A DNA stretch of 64,000 nt from Candidatus Bathyarchaeota archaeon BA2 (GCA_001399795.1 LIHK01000023.1:6916-70915); one strand, 5' to 3'; positions 46,220-55,956 are shown, counted from the stretch's first letter. A program made the numbers and translations. The notes: generated by a model not told the origin, from the sequence alone.

Positions 46220-46852
46220 TTGCTGTCAACGATAGAAAGGGTTACTAGAAAAATCGCGCCTGGACGCGCGCCCTCTTTTACAGAGGCGCATGTGATTAAG
46301 GCTTTGAAGATAATTGGTGGTAGAGAAGCTGTAGGGCGAATAAGGCTTTCGAAAGAACTTGAGCTAGGAGAAGGTGTAACAAGAACCCTTGTAAAGCACC
46401 TTAAAAACGAAGGGATAATTGAAGTTTCAAGGTCTGGAATTGTGCTTTCGGAATATGGTGAAAAACTGTTCTCTGATTTGGGGTCCAGAATTAGTGAAGG
46501 GGTAGAGGTTCCACCTAGTCCCTTGACGGTCGGGCCCTTCAATATTGCTGTTCTCGTAAGGGACGCGGCTGGCGTGGTGAAGATGGGTTTAGAGCAACGT
46601 GACACAGCGATTAAGGCTGGAGCCCTAGGAGCAACCACGTTAATTTTTTCCCGCAACAGATTAACCATGCCATCGATGGAGAAGATAGATGTCTTCAAAG
46701 GCATCTCCTCTATACACGAAATGCTGATATCCAAACTAAACCCAAAAGAAAACGACGTCATTGTAATAGGAAGCGGAGAAAACAAGAGACTTGCAGAACT
46801 AGGAGCAAAAATGGCAGCCTTCGAACTCCTAACTCGCTTGGCGTCGGCATAA
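46220..46852 (+). CDS. wHTH-containing protein of unknown function (DUF4443-like)
   Basis: GRIRLSKELELGEGVTRTLVKHLKNEGIIE is a wHTH, followed by a roughly 130-aa domain. The long antisense ORF is Ser-rich and judged spurious. Confidence 0.55.
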   Translation: MLSTIERVTRKIAPGRAPSFTEAHVIKALKIIGGREAVGRIRLSKELELGEGVTRTLVKHLKNEGIIEVSRSGIVLSEYGEKLFSDLGSRISEGVEVPPSPLTVGPFNIAVLVRDAAGVVKMGLEQRDTAIKAGALGATTLIFSRNRLTMPSMEKIDVFKGISSIHEMLISKLNPKENDVIVIGSGENKRLAELGAKMAAFELLTRLASA

Positions 46853-46908
46853 ACGTTCTCTGTCAAATCTCCCTTCTGAAACATTAACGCATAAGAGGAC
46901 GATGGGAG

Positions 46909-47412
46909 TTGAACGAAACTTTAGCTAGAATCACTATAAATTCAGAAACTAGGCATGTCAAAGATTTGTCTCTCCACCAAAAACATCTTCGATTTAAATG
47001 CCTGAGATGCGCCATTTTCTGCTGTAGGTTAGGCGGACCTTGGCTAACTGGAAGAGACATTGAAAGAATAAAACAGGCTGGTTATGATATGAAGGATTTT
47101 CTTGAGCCAGCATTGAAAAGCAAATTTAAGGGCTTGCCCATTATGCGTGGCAGTCTGAAAAATAAAGAAGACGGATCCTGCGTTTTCCTCAAGTTTGACG
47201 CAGAGAAAAACCGTTGTGAATGTTTGATCTACGATTTTAGACCAGTCCTCTGCAGGCTTTACCCCTTCGATTTTGGGTGGATAAGCCTCAACACCATTGT
47301 GTTAAAGTTTATTCCGTGTTGTAGAGGCCTAAATAACCCAGATGGAGAGTTGGTGGATGAGGAATTCATCACCAATTATCTGCTTGACTCCGTACTTGAC
47401 CTGATGATTTGA
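46909..47412 (+). CDS. YkgJ-family Cys-cluster (Zn/Fe-chelating) protein
   Basis: CLRCAIFCC...C...C...CRLYPF matches the UPF0153 pattern. Confidence 0.75.
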   Translation: MNETLARITINSETRHVKDLSLHQKHLRFKCLRCAIFCCRLGGPWLTGRDIERIKQAGYDMKDFLEPALKSKFKGLPIMRGSLKNKEDGSCVFLKFDAEKNRCECLIYDFRPVLCRLYPFDFGWISLNTIVLKFIPCCRGLNNPDGELVDEEFITNYLLDSVLDLMI

Positions 47413-47580
47413 TATGACGTGAACGTGCACTGGACAGAGACAGAGAGGGGTATAGAGGTAGAACCATGTACTGAAAATCTAGACTTAGCTCCTTTTGGGC
47501 ATTTTCCCAAGCTTGGAATAAATTATCCCTTTTAAGCTTGAAATTCAAACTATTGTAATTTAAAGAGGGAGATTGATCCA

Positions 47581-48300
47581 TTGAGGCTCTTGGTCAGTGT
47601 AATAGATAGAAAGGAGGCTATAGAAGCAATTGAAGGAGGAGCACACATAATCGATGTCAAAAATCCGAGAGAGGGGTCCTTGGGCGCAAACTTTCCGAGA
47701 ATCATTAGGCAAGTCAGAGAAATAGTGCCGAACGACGTTGAAGTAAGCGCGACGATCGGTGATTTGCCAAATCTGCCTGGAACAGCCTCTCTAGCTGCTT
47801 TAGGCGCGGCTTTTTCGGGAGCCAATTACGTTAAGGCCGGGCTTTACGGTGTGAAAACATCTATTGAAGCGGTAAGCTTAATGAGGGAGGTTTGCAGGGC
47901 TGTGAAAGATTATAATGTTGCCTTAAAGGTAATCGCTGCGGGTTATGCTGACTTTAAAAAAATCGGCTGCCTAAACCCTTTAAAGCTTCCCGAAATTGCG
48001 TCTATAGTTAAGGCTGATGGCGTAATGGTGGATGTCAAAATGAAAACTCTGGGAAAGTTATTTGACTTTCTAAGTGATTGTGAGCTGGGAGAGTTCATTG
48101 ACAGGTCACATAAATACGATTTAACGGTAGCCTTAGCCGGATCCTTAGATAAGGAGGATGTCCCAAAAGTGCACAGTCTTGGGGCAGATGTAATCGGGGT
48201 TAGGAGGGCTGTTTGCAGCGGAAAAAATCGATTGAAAGGTAGAATTCAAGGAAAAGCGGTAACAGAATTTATCAAGGCGATTAGCATCTGTGAAAGATAA
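47581..48300 (+). CDS. mfnB: (5-formylfuran-3-yl)methyl phosphate synthase-like protein (MfnB/DUF556)
   Basis: MRLLVSVIDRKEAIEAIEGGAHIIDVKNPREGSLGA is the family N-terminus. 239 aa. Confidence 0.8.
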   Translation: MRLLVSVIDRKEAIEAIEGGAHIIDVKNPREGSLGANFPRIIRQVREIVPNDVEVSATIGDLPNLPGTASLAALGAAFSGANYVKAGLYGVKTSIEAVSLMREVCRAVKDYNVALKVIAAGYADFKKIGCLNPLKLPEIASIVKADGVMVDVKMKTLGKLFDFLSDCELGEFIDRSHKYDLTVALAGSLDKEDVPKVHSLGADVIGVRRAVCSGKNRLKGRIQGKAVTEFIKAISICER

Positions 48301-48660
48301 TTAAACTACGATTTCTGTGCAAAGAGTTTTTCCATCCTTTAAAATCGCTTCAATTCTCTCAGGATGCTTACCATTCACAACGTAGCACTTTAGTCGTGTC
48401 CCTAAAAACATCTTAGGCAAGAATTTGTCAACGCTTGTCCTCTTGTTCCAGCTTAATAATTCGTTAGCCGATAACTTTTCTATCAATCCTGCCGAGCTTC
48501 TGCATGGTTATCTGGTCGATTCTGGCTATTACTCTGTAAACGTCGCATTGCCTTACGTCTTCTACTATCGGTTTAATTTCGGGTTGAGCCTGTTCCGGGT
48601 CCCCCATCACCGTTCCTCCCTGTGAAGTCGGATGGCTTGCTCCAGCAAATGCAGAGGTAG
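48301..48660 (-). pseudogene. diverged remnant of an amino-acid-kinase-family (MfnE-like) gene
   Basis: LSANELLSWNKRTSVDKFLPKMFLGTRLKCYVVNGKHPERIEAILKDGKTLCTEIVV parallels the C-terminus of the intact gene at 50418-51089. The upstream part is readable only in another frame. Confidence 0.5.
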
Positions 48661-49051
48661 GGCTCCCGCTCAGCCGAGGTTGAATACCTAATTAAGCTGG
48701 GCTTAGAACACGAAAAGGAAAAGGAGGTGAATACGCCAAAATTATGAGTGTTTTCGCTTGGTCTTTTGTCGGCGCCTTGGTCTATATTTTGGCGGTTGAC
48801 TGAAGCAGATGCCTCAAGAGAACTTCAGCGGCAGAAAGACTCTTGAAAACCAGGTAATAGCATTTCTTGTAACCCCAGAATACAAACGGTACTGACAATA
48901 ACCAAAACTTAGCTTATTATTTTTTCATAAAGCTTAAATACTAAATCCATTTTAATAAAATGTGACGGCGAAAAGATGCCAAGACAGAAATGATTTGGTG
49001 TCTTAGCCCGTAGAAAACAAATAAACAACATGTTATCCTACTATAACTCAC

Positions 49052-50215
49052 TTACTGTGGCTTCCTCGATTTTTTCAACTTTGAAAGAAGAGTTTTCCTC
49101 TTTTGAATGGGAGCGAGTTTTGCCTCGGATTGCAAAACGCCAAGGAATTTTTCAAAGTCGTCTTTGAACTCAGAACTATGATAAACAGGATATCCCTCTT
49201 CTTCACAGAACGTCAGATTTTCTTTGTCTTTTGCATCGAGGATCCCGCCATAAATTATTGTCGTATTTTCAGGATTTCCGGGTCCAAATGTCTTAAAGAA
49301 CCATTTAATATTAGTTCCCACGTAAAAGGGTTCGTAGGTTTTGCTCCTATCTCTAAGATGCACTAAATATGGCAAACAACTTCTTACATGTTCTCTTATT
49401 CTTCCTAAGAAAAGTATCCTATTCTGAAAAGTAGGAATTGTAATCGCCCGACTGTGATTTTCATAGAAAGAAGTAAGATTGACATCTTCAGAATAGTCTA
49501 TTTGCTGCACAGGAAAAAGATGGAGTTTTTCCAGATTAGAGGTGAGTATATGTGCTATAGCACCCGCGGTGGATATTGAAGGATAGTATTGGTCACCATT
49601 TGACACTCCAGTTACGACAAATGAACCTTTCTTGAACTTCGTGTTTGGGGTATCACATAAATCTTTCCACCAGAAAGCAAAGGGATAGCCTCCATCTATT
49701 TGAATCACAAGTAATGTGTCCGCCTCGACGCTTCTCGAAAAGAGTTTAGAATGCGTTTCAAGTTTTTTAGTAATTATCATCATTCCATATGCCTTCACAA
49801 AGGATTCCAAATAAACTGTAGATCGTTTAAATTTCTTCAACATATTCATTGAATTAGAAACTGCACTCCAATCTTTTTCATACGATTCTATCAAAGTTTC
49901 CCGCATTTTGAACAAGGTATCGGCCGATTGAAGAAAAAGTTCCCTTAGAAGCTTCAGTTGCACTTTGGGAAACATGCGGAAAATGGTGACGTCAAAAGTC
50001 GTATCATCCATATAGTCCAACACATACTTGAAGAGAGTGGATTTATCATATCCTTTCAAGACTTTCCTATAAATCATCAACCTGTCAAAATAGTCTATGT
50101 TACGCAGAATCACTTGCACCTCATAGGGTAGCCCTATCCCAATTCTCACAAATAGAACATCCTCACCCACAGCACCAGATTCGTCCAAACCATTGATTTC
50201 TACCAATTTGGGCAA
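49052..50215 (-). CDS. uncharacterised protein with RNase H-fold-like motifs (DUF3800/RNase HII-like)
   Basis: 387 aa. INGLDESGAVGEDVLFV lies at the N-terminus and GVSNGDQYYPSISTAGAIAHIL lies later, resembling the DE(S/A)G ... D-x2-Y-x5-A-x-I-A-(K/H) pattern. The flanks are AT-rich. Confidence 0.45.
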   Translation of the reverse strand: MPKLVEINGLDESGAVGEDVLFVRIGIGLPYEVQVILRNIDYFDRLMIYRKVLKGYDKSTLFKYVLDYMDDTTFDVTIFRMFPKVQLKLLRELFLQSADTLFKMRETLIESYEKDWSAVSNSMNMLKKFKRSTVYLESFVKAYGMMIITKKLETHSKLFSRSVEADTLLVIQIDGGYPFAFWWKDLCDTPNTKFKKGSFVVTGVSNGDQYYPSISTAGAIAHILTSNLEKLHLFPVQQIDYSEDVNLTSFYENHSRAITIPTFQNRILFLGRIREHVRSCLPYLVHLRDRSKTYEPFYVGTNIKWFFKTFGPGNPENTTIIYGGILDAKDKENLTFCEEEGYPVYHSSEFKDDFEKFLGVLQSEAKLAPIQKRKTLLSKLKKSRKPQ

Positions 50216-50417
50216 GAAGGGTCACTAACAGAATAGTGTATGCTACTCAGTTATTTAGCTTTCACTAATGTTTATTTTAATTGAAATTGAAAGGGAAATG
50301 ACACCAAGGGCTACTAACTTTGAGTCTCAAGAAGTATTCAAATCGTTTGCTAAGTTCATTCTACATAATATTCCCCTGGTCTCCAACTGAATCAAAGTGA
50401 TGACTTCACATAGAGCC

Positions 50418-51089
50418 TCATTTTTGGCTTTCGTTTAAAAGCAGAACTCTCGTACAAATAGTTGGTTCATCTTCCAGTATAGCCTTTATCCTCTCTGGAT
50501 AATTACCATTAACCACATAACAGTCAATTTTGGTTTCCAAGAGAACCCCTGGCAACGCTCTATCAACACAGGTTCCCCCAAACTTCAACAAATCGTGCAC
50601 CGATACCTCTCTTATCAACCTAGCCTCTTCACTTCTCTTCGGGTCCGAAGTGAAGATCCCATCCACATCCTTAACCAACACGAGCTTCCTTGCATTAACC
50701 AGACCAGCGACAAAAGCCGCGACCGAATCACTCGTTACATCCCATGAATGCTCTAATGAATCCTTACGAAACATCAACTTTGATGGTAAAATTATCGGTA
50801 GCATTCCAGCCGCGGAAAACTTCTTTGCCTTTTCTAGTGTGTACGACACGCAGGAGTTTGGCGTGACATCTGATAAAAACAACCCAAACTGATCCATGGC
50901 AAGAATAGCCATCTTATGAGCGATGACGTCGGACAACCCAAACGATTGATCAATTTCTCTCACGATGTCGGCAAGTTTACCTCCCCCAGGCACGATGAGA
51001 ATTTTGTGGGTCTTCGCAAGTATACCTAACCACTGACACAGAGCATTTAGACTTGCGGGATCTTCAGCTAAACTTCCACCAATTTTCAT
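50418..51089 (-). CDS. mfnE: amino-acid-kinase-family protein, MfnE-like ([5-(aminomethyl)furan-3-yl]methyl phosphate kinase)
   Basis: MKIGGSL...ILIVPGGG...DVDGIFTSDP. The start forms an ATGA overlap with the upstream gene's stop. Confidence 0.65.
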   Translation of the reverse strand: MKIGGSLAEDPASLNALCQWLGILAKTHKILIVPGGGKLADIVREIDQSFGLSDVIAHKMAILAMDQFGLFLSDVTPNSCVSYTLEKAKKFSAAGMLPIILPSKLMFRKDSLEHSWDVTSDSVAAFVAGLVNARKLVLVKDVDGIFTSDPKRSEEARLIREVSVHDLLKFGGTCVDRALPGVLLETKIDCYVVNGNYPERIKAILEDEPTICTRVLLLNESQK

Positions 51090-52171
51090 AACCGCTTCCA
51101 TTGTACAACCTTACCCTCCAGCTCGCTTGCTACCATGAGAGCGACACCAACCGAAGGTGAGGCCACGGTGGCACTGGCATCTAGCAACCCACCAAGGTCA
51201 ATGATCCAATTAAAGCCAGCTTTTTGAGCCGCCTTTTTCGCCAAAAAGTTTCTGCCAAGCCCGGTGACTACAACGGGGATGTTTTCTTTTAGATACAGTT
51301 TTATCCTGTTATAAACCTGCGTCAGCCCCTCACTAATTTGCTTAACCTGCTTTTCATAAACATAATAAGCGATTTCAACAATTTCTTGCTCGGTCAACAT
51401 TTCTATGTCAGCGCAAACAACGCGCGCTAGCCTTGCCATGGCCTCCATCCTTGTTTTTCCTCGACCATCCACCGTTTCTATGGTATAATCGTCCTCCTTG
51501 ATGTTGCCTAAGATTAAATGTACGTCGCCGGATTGGGCGAATAACTCGGAGGAGACACGCGCTACCCCTCCTTTAATAGGAATGAAACTTACGATAGTTG
51601 CAACGTTTGTCCGCAAGGATCCGGTGTAAATGAGTTCTCCATTCAGAAGCTTTTCTAGGTCAGTTCTGCCTGCCGTGGCAATATTCCCGTCAATCACTGG
51701 AATGATGCTCGTCGTGGTGCTTCCGGTATCTATGATGATGCAGTCTTTAATCAGCTGTGATACCATCCATCCCGTCGCTGGCCAATTGGCAGCTGCAACC
51801 TTAAGTGGCTCATGTCTAGCCTCTTCGACCGATCTGAGGTTTGCTTCAGCATCAAGAACGAAAATCGGAATATTTACAAAAACTTCCTCGATGCAATCGA
51901 GAACGTGATTGACCCCTTCTCTTTTAGTCCAATATACATCGGATAATTCAGCTGTCATGGTTATTCCGACAGCATCTAACTTGATTGAGCCAGCTACTTC
52001 GTTTCTTAGTCTATCTAACACCGCTGGAAGCTGTTCTTTTCCCCTCTTCCAGATTGGGAAATATTGCGTTGCGGTTTTAAGTTCCTTAACCGAACCGTTC
52101 CAGGTTTTTATCAGAGCTGTTTTAACATTCACTCCTCCAATATCCCAGCCGAGGACGTCTACCATAATCAA
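51086..52171 (-). CDS. mfnF: hydantoinase-A-like / H4MPT-linked C1-transfer-pathway protein, MfnF-like
   Basis: VLGWDIGGVNVK (ASKHA phosphate-1) and IIDTGSTTTSIIP are present. 361 aa. The start may be the ATG at 52165. Confidence 0.7.
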   Translation of the reverse strand: MIMVDVLGWDIGGVNVKTALIKTWNGSVKELKTATQYFPIWKRGKEQLPAVLDRLRNEVAGSIKLDAVGITMTAELSDVYWTKREGVNHVLDCIEEVFVNIPIFVLDAEANLRSVEEARHEPLKVAAANWPATGWMVSQLIKDCIIIDTGSTTTSIIPVIDGNIATAGRTDLEKLLNGELIYTGSLRTNVATIVSFIPIKGGVARVSSELFAQSGDVHLILGNIKEDDYTIETVDGRGKTRMEAMARLARVVCADIEMLTEQEIVEIAYYVYEKQVKQISEGLTQVYNRIKLYLKENIPVVVTGLGRNFLAKKAAQKAGFNWIIDLGGLLDASATVASPSVGVALMVASELEGKVVQWKRL

Positions 52172-53397
52172 CCGCCCCTCAACAGAATCCTCATAAGGCT
52201 CTTCCTAGCCTTGTAGAACCTTGTTCTAGCGTCCCTCAATCTGGCTGCGTAAGCAACGATAAGCGCCCATGTTGTCCCGTCGTCTGTGAAAGGAAAAGGT
52301 GGCGAGACAAGCTCTTCCAACCTATAGGTTTCCTGAAGCGCCTTACTAGTTGGCGCGGAAACTTTCACCTTTGAGAAGAAGGTGTAACCCGAGACTTGTA
52401 CATTCTCGGGAAGCTTACGTGTAAGCACCGCGTCGATCATTGCTTGGGCTGGATTAAAGTTCATGACTTTCCTCAGGCCAATGTACGACGTTGTAAGCCT
52501 TGGGTTAACCTCCATCACCACCGGCCCATCCTCGGTTAGAACCACATCTACTCCTACATAGCCTCGAAAATCCTTAAATCCTTCAACCAATTTCTTTGCT
52601 GCTTCTAAAGCGTCGTTCTTAAGTACATGATGAAAAGGAACAACCCCGCCAAGGTAATGTGAATCAGAGCTAGGTGAAGTTAAATGCATGATCTGCCTGT
52701 TGAGAGTTAGAGGCAAAGCTTCAGTGCCCATTGAAATAAGGCTGACACTTACATCAGTTCCATCAATTAGTTTCTGGACGAGGAACTGCTTGCTCTCTGA
52801 CTTTTTCATAATTTTGTTAACAGCCGCTTTCATCTGAAGCTCATTTCTGACCACGCTTAAACCACCGCAACCAACTCCGTTCACTGGTTTAAAAACTAAT
52901 GGTAATCGAAGTTTGTCTCCAGCATGTTTAATCTTATCCATATTTTCATTAAGCTCGGCTATCAGCGTTTCAGGTACGGATAAACCAGCCTTCTTTGCAG
53001 CCTCGTAGACTGACATCTTGTTAGAAGCTTTCTCTATGGCGCTAACCGAACAATTAAGGGAGACACCTCCAGCCTCTCTGACGGTCTCAACCAGCTTTCG
53101 TAATACTTGACCCGACTCTGGCGCGATGATGTAAACGGCATCAGCAAAGGAGGAAAATCTCTCCAAGGTTTTATTTAACTCTCGGCCGGACGAGATAGAA
53201 ATTATGGTATCAGCCTTAATTGGTGGTTTGAGTCCCTTCAGCCTAACATCAAGTGTAGTCATCACATAATGTCCAGCGGCTTTGAAGTCTGAGATTAAAG
53301 CCCTTAGCATGCCGAAGCCTTCACACAAGACGCTTGATGGAATATCTTGGCCGGCGAAACCGCCCCCTGCAACATGTTCATAAACAAAAAGCTTCAA
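52168..53397 (-). CDS. mfnD: ATP-grasp ligase, MfnD-like (tyramine-glutamate ligase family)
   Basis: MKLFVYEHVAGGG...CEGFGMLRAL is the family N-terminus. ATP-grasp core motifs LVFKPVNGVGCGG and EVNPRLT are present. Confidence 0.65.
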   Translation of the reverse strand: MKLFVYEHVAGGGFAGQDIPSSVLCEGFGMLRALISDFKAAGHYVMTTLDVRLKGLKPPIKADTIISISSGRELNKTLERFSSFADAVYIIAPESGQVLRKLVETVREAGGVSLNCSVSAIEKASNKMSVYEAAKKAGLSVPETLIAELNENMDKIKHAGDKLRLPLVFKPVNGVGCGGLSVVRNELQMKAAVNKIMKKSESKQFLVQKLIDGTDVSVSLISMGTEALPLTLNRQIMHLTSPSSDSHYLGGVVPFHHVLKNDALEAAKKLVEGFKDFRGYVGVDVVLTEDGPVVMEVNPRLTTSYIGLRKVMNFNPAQAMIDAVLTRKLPENVQVSGYTFFSKVKVSAPTSKALQETYRLEELVSPPFPFTDDGTTWALIVAYAARLRDARTRFYKARKSLMRILLRGG

Positions 53398-53440
53398 ACC
53401 TTTACCCTCATGACTTAATACTAAGCCTCGGAGGGATTTA

Positions 53441-54199
53441 ATGAAAATTATCCCTGTCCTCGATATTTTAAATGGTGTAGCTATTCAAGCCATTCGTGGT
53501 GAAAGGGAGAAGTACCTTCCGGTGAGAAGCATCCTATGCGAATCTGCCAGCCCATTAGAGATGGCTATAGCATTTAAATCGTTTGGATTTGATGAGCTCT
53601 ACATAGCAGACTTGGATGCAATATTGGGTAGGTATGTAAATCTAGCCCTCTACAAACAAATTAAAACCAAGACTAGCCTCAACTTAATGGTTGACGCTGG
53701 CGTAACCGACCTTGAGAAAGCTAAGGGGGTACTTAAAAGCGGAGTTTCAAGGATCATCATCGGGACCGAAACCTTAGACAACCTAGATTTTGTGAAACGA
53801 GCAATAAGACTCTTTGGTGAAGATCGGGTTATAGTTAGCCTTGACTTAAAGGAAGGAAAAGTCATGAGCATATCTGAAGCCATTAGGTCCATGGATCCGA
53901 CATCACTGGTGAAGACGCTTGAGGGAATGGGTGCTACCCGAATGATTATTCTAGACTTGGCGAGAGTGGGGACCGGGCGAGGGGTTAACCTCATTGCCGT
54001 AAAGAAAATTCTTCAGGAGGCCAAAGTTGAAGTGTTAGCTGGCGGAGGAATAAGCAACATTAGAGATTTAGAAGAGTTAAAAGATGTTGGCGTGTCCGGC
54101 GCTCTTATAGCTACGGCCTTACATACAGGGAAAATCACTGCAAAGGAATTAAAATCAACAGGCTTTCTACTCCAGCTTGGGTATAACAACGGGTTGTAG
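53441..54199 (+). CDS. HisA/HisF-related (beta/alpha)8 barrel protein, not part of the his operon
   Basis: MKIIPVLDILNGVAIQAIRGEREKY...IADLDAI...GGGI. It is divergent from the mfnD-F-E genes. Confidence 0.8.
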   Translation: MKIIPVLDILNGVAIQAIRGEREKYLPVRSILCESASPLEMAIAFKSFGFDELYIADLDAILGRYVNLALYKQIKTKTSLNLMVDAGVTDLEKAKGVLKSGVSRIIIGTETLDNLDFVKRAIRLFGEDRVIVSLDLKEGKVMSISEAIRSMDPTSLVKTLEGMGATRMIILDLARVGTGRGVNLIAVKKILQEAKVEVLAGGGISNIRDLEELKDVGVSGALIATALHTGKITAKELKSTGFLLQLGYNNGL

Positions 54200-54246
54200 C
54201 AGATGCAAGAATCTGCAAAAACATTTTAAAATTTCTTGAATATATT

Positions 54247-54891
54247 GTGAGCTCATACCCTAAGGAAGAAGAAGCCTTGGCGTCCAAGATTGCCGGCGTG
54301 ACTTACCTTCTGATAGCGGCAAACATAGTGATATTCTTCCTAACACTTTCTGATCAGGGATACTATGTTAACGAATACTATGCTAACAAGTATGGCTTGA
54401 TTCCCGCTCAAATTATGAAAAGAAAGAGTCTCTTCACCCTTGTTACATCCATGTTTTTGCATGTCGACCTTCTTCATCTTGGCATGAACATGCTTTTTCT
54501 CTTAATAACTGGTGATGGATGCGAACGCGCCATAGGCAGCTCACGCTTTTTAGTTTTCTACCTAACCTGCGGCATTTTTTCTGGACTTTTCCATGCCTAT
54601 TTAAACAGCACATCCAGCCTTCCTACCATAGGTGCCTCTGGGGCGATCTTCGGCGTTTTAGCAGCCTTTGCGATTCTTTTTCCTTTCCGATGGCTGATCA
54701 GCCTTTTCGGTTTAATTCCCGTGCCTATTCCAGCCATAATCTTTGCCTTCTTAATGGTTTTGATTGAAACAGCTTATGTTACCTCAGGCCAAGTCACCTA
54801 CGTCGCTCACACAGCCCACGTAGGAGGTTTCTTAGCTGGAGTTTTCTTGACTTTATTGTTTGGACCCAAGAAAAGCGATATAGAGGAGTAA
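54247..54891 (+). CDS. rhomboid-family intramembrane serine protease
   Basis: Catalytic GASGAIFG and AHVGGFLAG motifs with six TM segments. Confidence 0.85.
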   Translation: MSSYPKEEEALASKIAGVTYLLIAANIVIFFLTLSDQGYYVNEYYANKYGLIPAQIMKRKSLFTLVTSMFLHVDLLHLGMNMLFLLITGDGCERAIGSSRFLVFYLTCGIFSGLFHAYLNSTSSLPTIGASGAIFGVLAAFAILFPFRWLISLFGLIPVPIPAIIFAFLMVLIETAYVTSGQVTYVAHTAHVGGFLAGVFLTLLFGPKKSDIEE

Positions 54892-54944
54892 TTAACTTAG
54901 GCTGTACGAGTCAAAGTCGATAAGCAACAGAGCAGAATGGAAGA

Positions 54945-55427
54945 TTAAGACCCCAACTTCTTTTTGAGTCGAACTCCATGAATTCTTCTGTAATATTTTT
55001 TAAGCTTTTCCACCTCCACGTAACCGCGCTTGCGATAGAGCTCCAGCGCTGCCACATTGTCCACACGGACTTCGAGATAGCATATTTTAACTCCTCTTTT
55101 TACGAAAATTCGCTCAAGTTCGTCAAGGAGTTTTATTCCCACACCTTTTCTTCTATGCTTGGATGCAACGTCTATGGTATACACTCGGCCAGTTATCATT
55201 TTGTCTTGGCGATGGATCAAGCCAATGATAAACCCGGCGATTTCGCTGTTTATCTGCGCAACCAAGCTTATTGCGTTCGGGTTTTGCAAAAGGTAGGCTA
55301 TGTGTTCCTTGCTAAAAGCTTCCATGGTGAAGCATTCCCTCTCAATCTGGTAAAGCTTTTCTAAATCGTTGATCGTGGCTGGCTGTATTGTAATTGACAA
55401 AGATTCGACGACCGTTCTGCTTTCCAT
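54945..55427 (-). CDS. rimI: GNAT N-acetyltransferase (RimI-like)
   Basis: From the ATG at 55427 the sequence includes QIERECF...IAGFIIG...RRKGVGIKLLDEL...LEVRVDNVAALELYRKRGY. The longer ORF starting at 55583 would overlap the next gene. Confidence 0.8.
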   Translation of the reverse strand: MESRTVVESLSITIQPATINDLEKLYQIERECFTMEAFSKEHIAYLLQNPNAISLVAQINSEIAGFIIGLIHRQDKMITGRVYTIDVASKHRRKGVGIKLLDELERIFVKRGVKICYLEVRVDNVAALELYRKRGYVEVEKLKKYYRRIHGVRLKKKLGS

Positions 55428-55476
55428 TCTACATAAGGTAGAAGAGAATTTGAGACTTTTGGAAGCTAAACCGTTC

Positions 55477-55956
55477 CTAGCCAAAATCGATGGTGAAAAA
55501 CTTAGATACCAGTCGCTTGGAATAAAATATAGCAATTTTTGATTTGATTTCTTCTTCGCCAAAATATAGAAGGTGACTTCCACAGTTTTCCTTACAGTCA
55601 GAAGAACCGAATCCCTTGACAGGAAAATTTGCCTTTCCCTCCCTTTTTATGTAACGATTCATGTTGCATTCCAATTTTTTGCTGGTCTCCGCAGCTACAA
55701 CTGCAGTTACGGTTGCATTTTTATCTGCCAGAAGGAAGTCTATGTGCCAGAGGTTCCGTTTTCTTTTCCGCAAGTGCCTAGAAACTCGTCGTTTTAAACT
55801 TGTAGCTCCTTTGCCTAACGCGGATCCAGTGTAGGTGTAGTATCCTCTTGGAAATTTTTGCAAACCCAACTTTCCTACATTTAAGCGTGCTTCCTCTGAC
55901 AAAAATATGATTAACGTGTAGATTCCTTTAGTTGGAAGCGTTTCGATAGAGGACAC
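55477..55956 (-). CDS. GIY-YIG-superfamily DUF123 protein
   Basis: GIYTLIIFL...GYYTYTGSALG...RVSRHLRKRKRNLWHIDFLL...EC. Confidence 0.75.
   Translation of the reverse strand: MSSIETLPTKGIYTLIIFLSEEARLNVGKLGLQKFPRGYYTYTGSALGKGATSLKRRVSRHLRKRKRNLWHIDFLLADKNATVTAVVAAETSKKLECNMNRYIKREGKANFPVKGFGSSDCKENCGSHLLYFGEEEIKSKIAIFYSKRLVSKFFTIDFG

Noticed and set aside
46177-46884. 235-aa antisense ORF covering the wHTH/DUF4443-like gene.
   Set aside because: It is Ser/Pro/Thr-rich and low-complexity with no start context. The sense strand encodes a well-formed wHTH protein.
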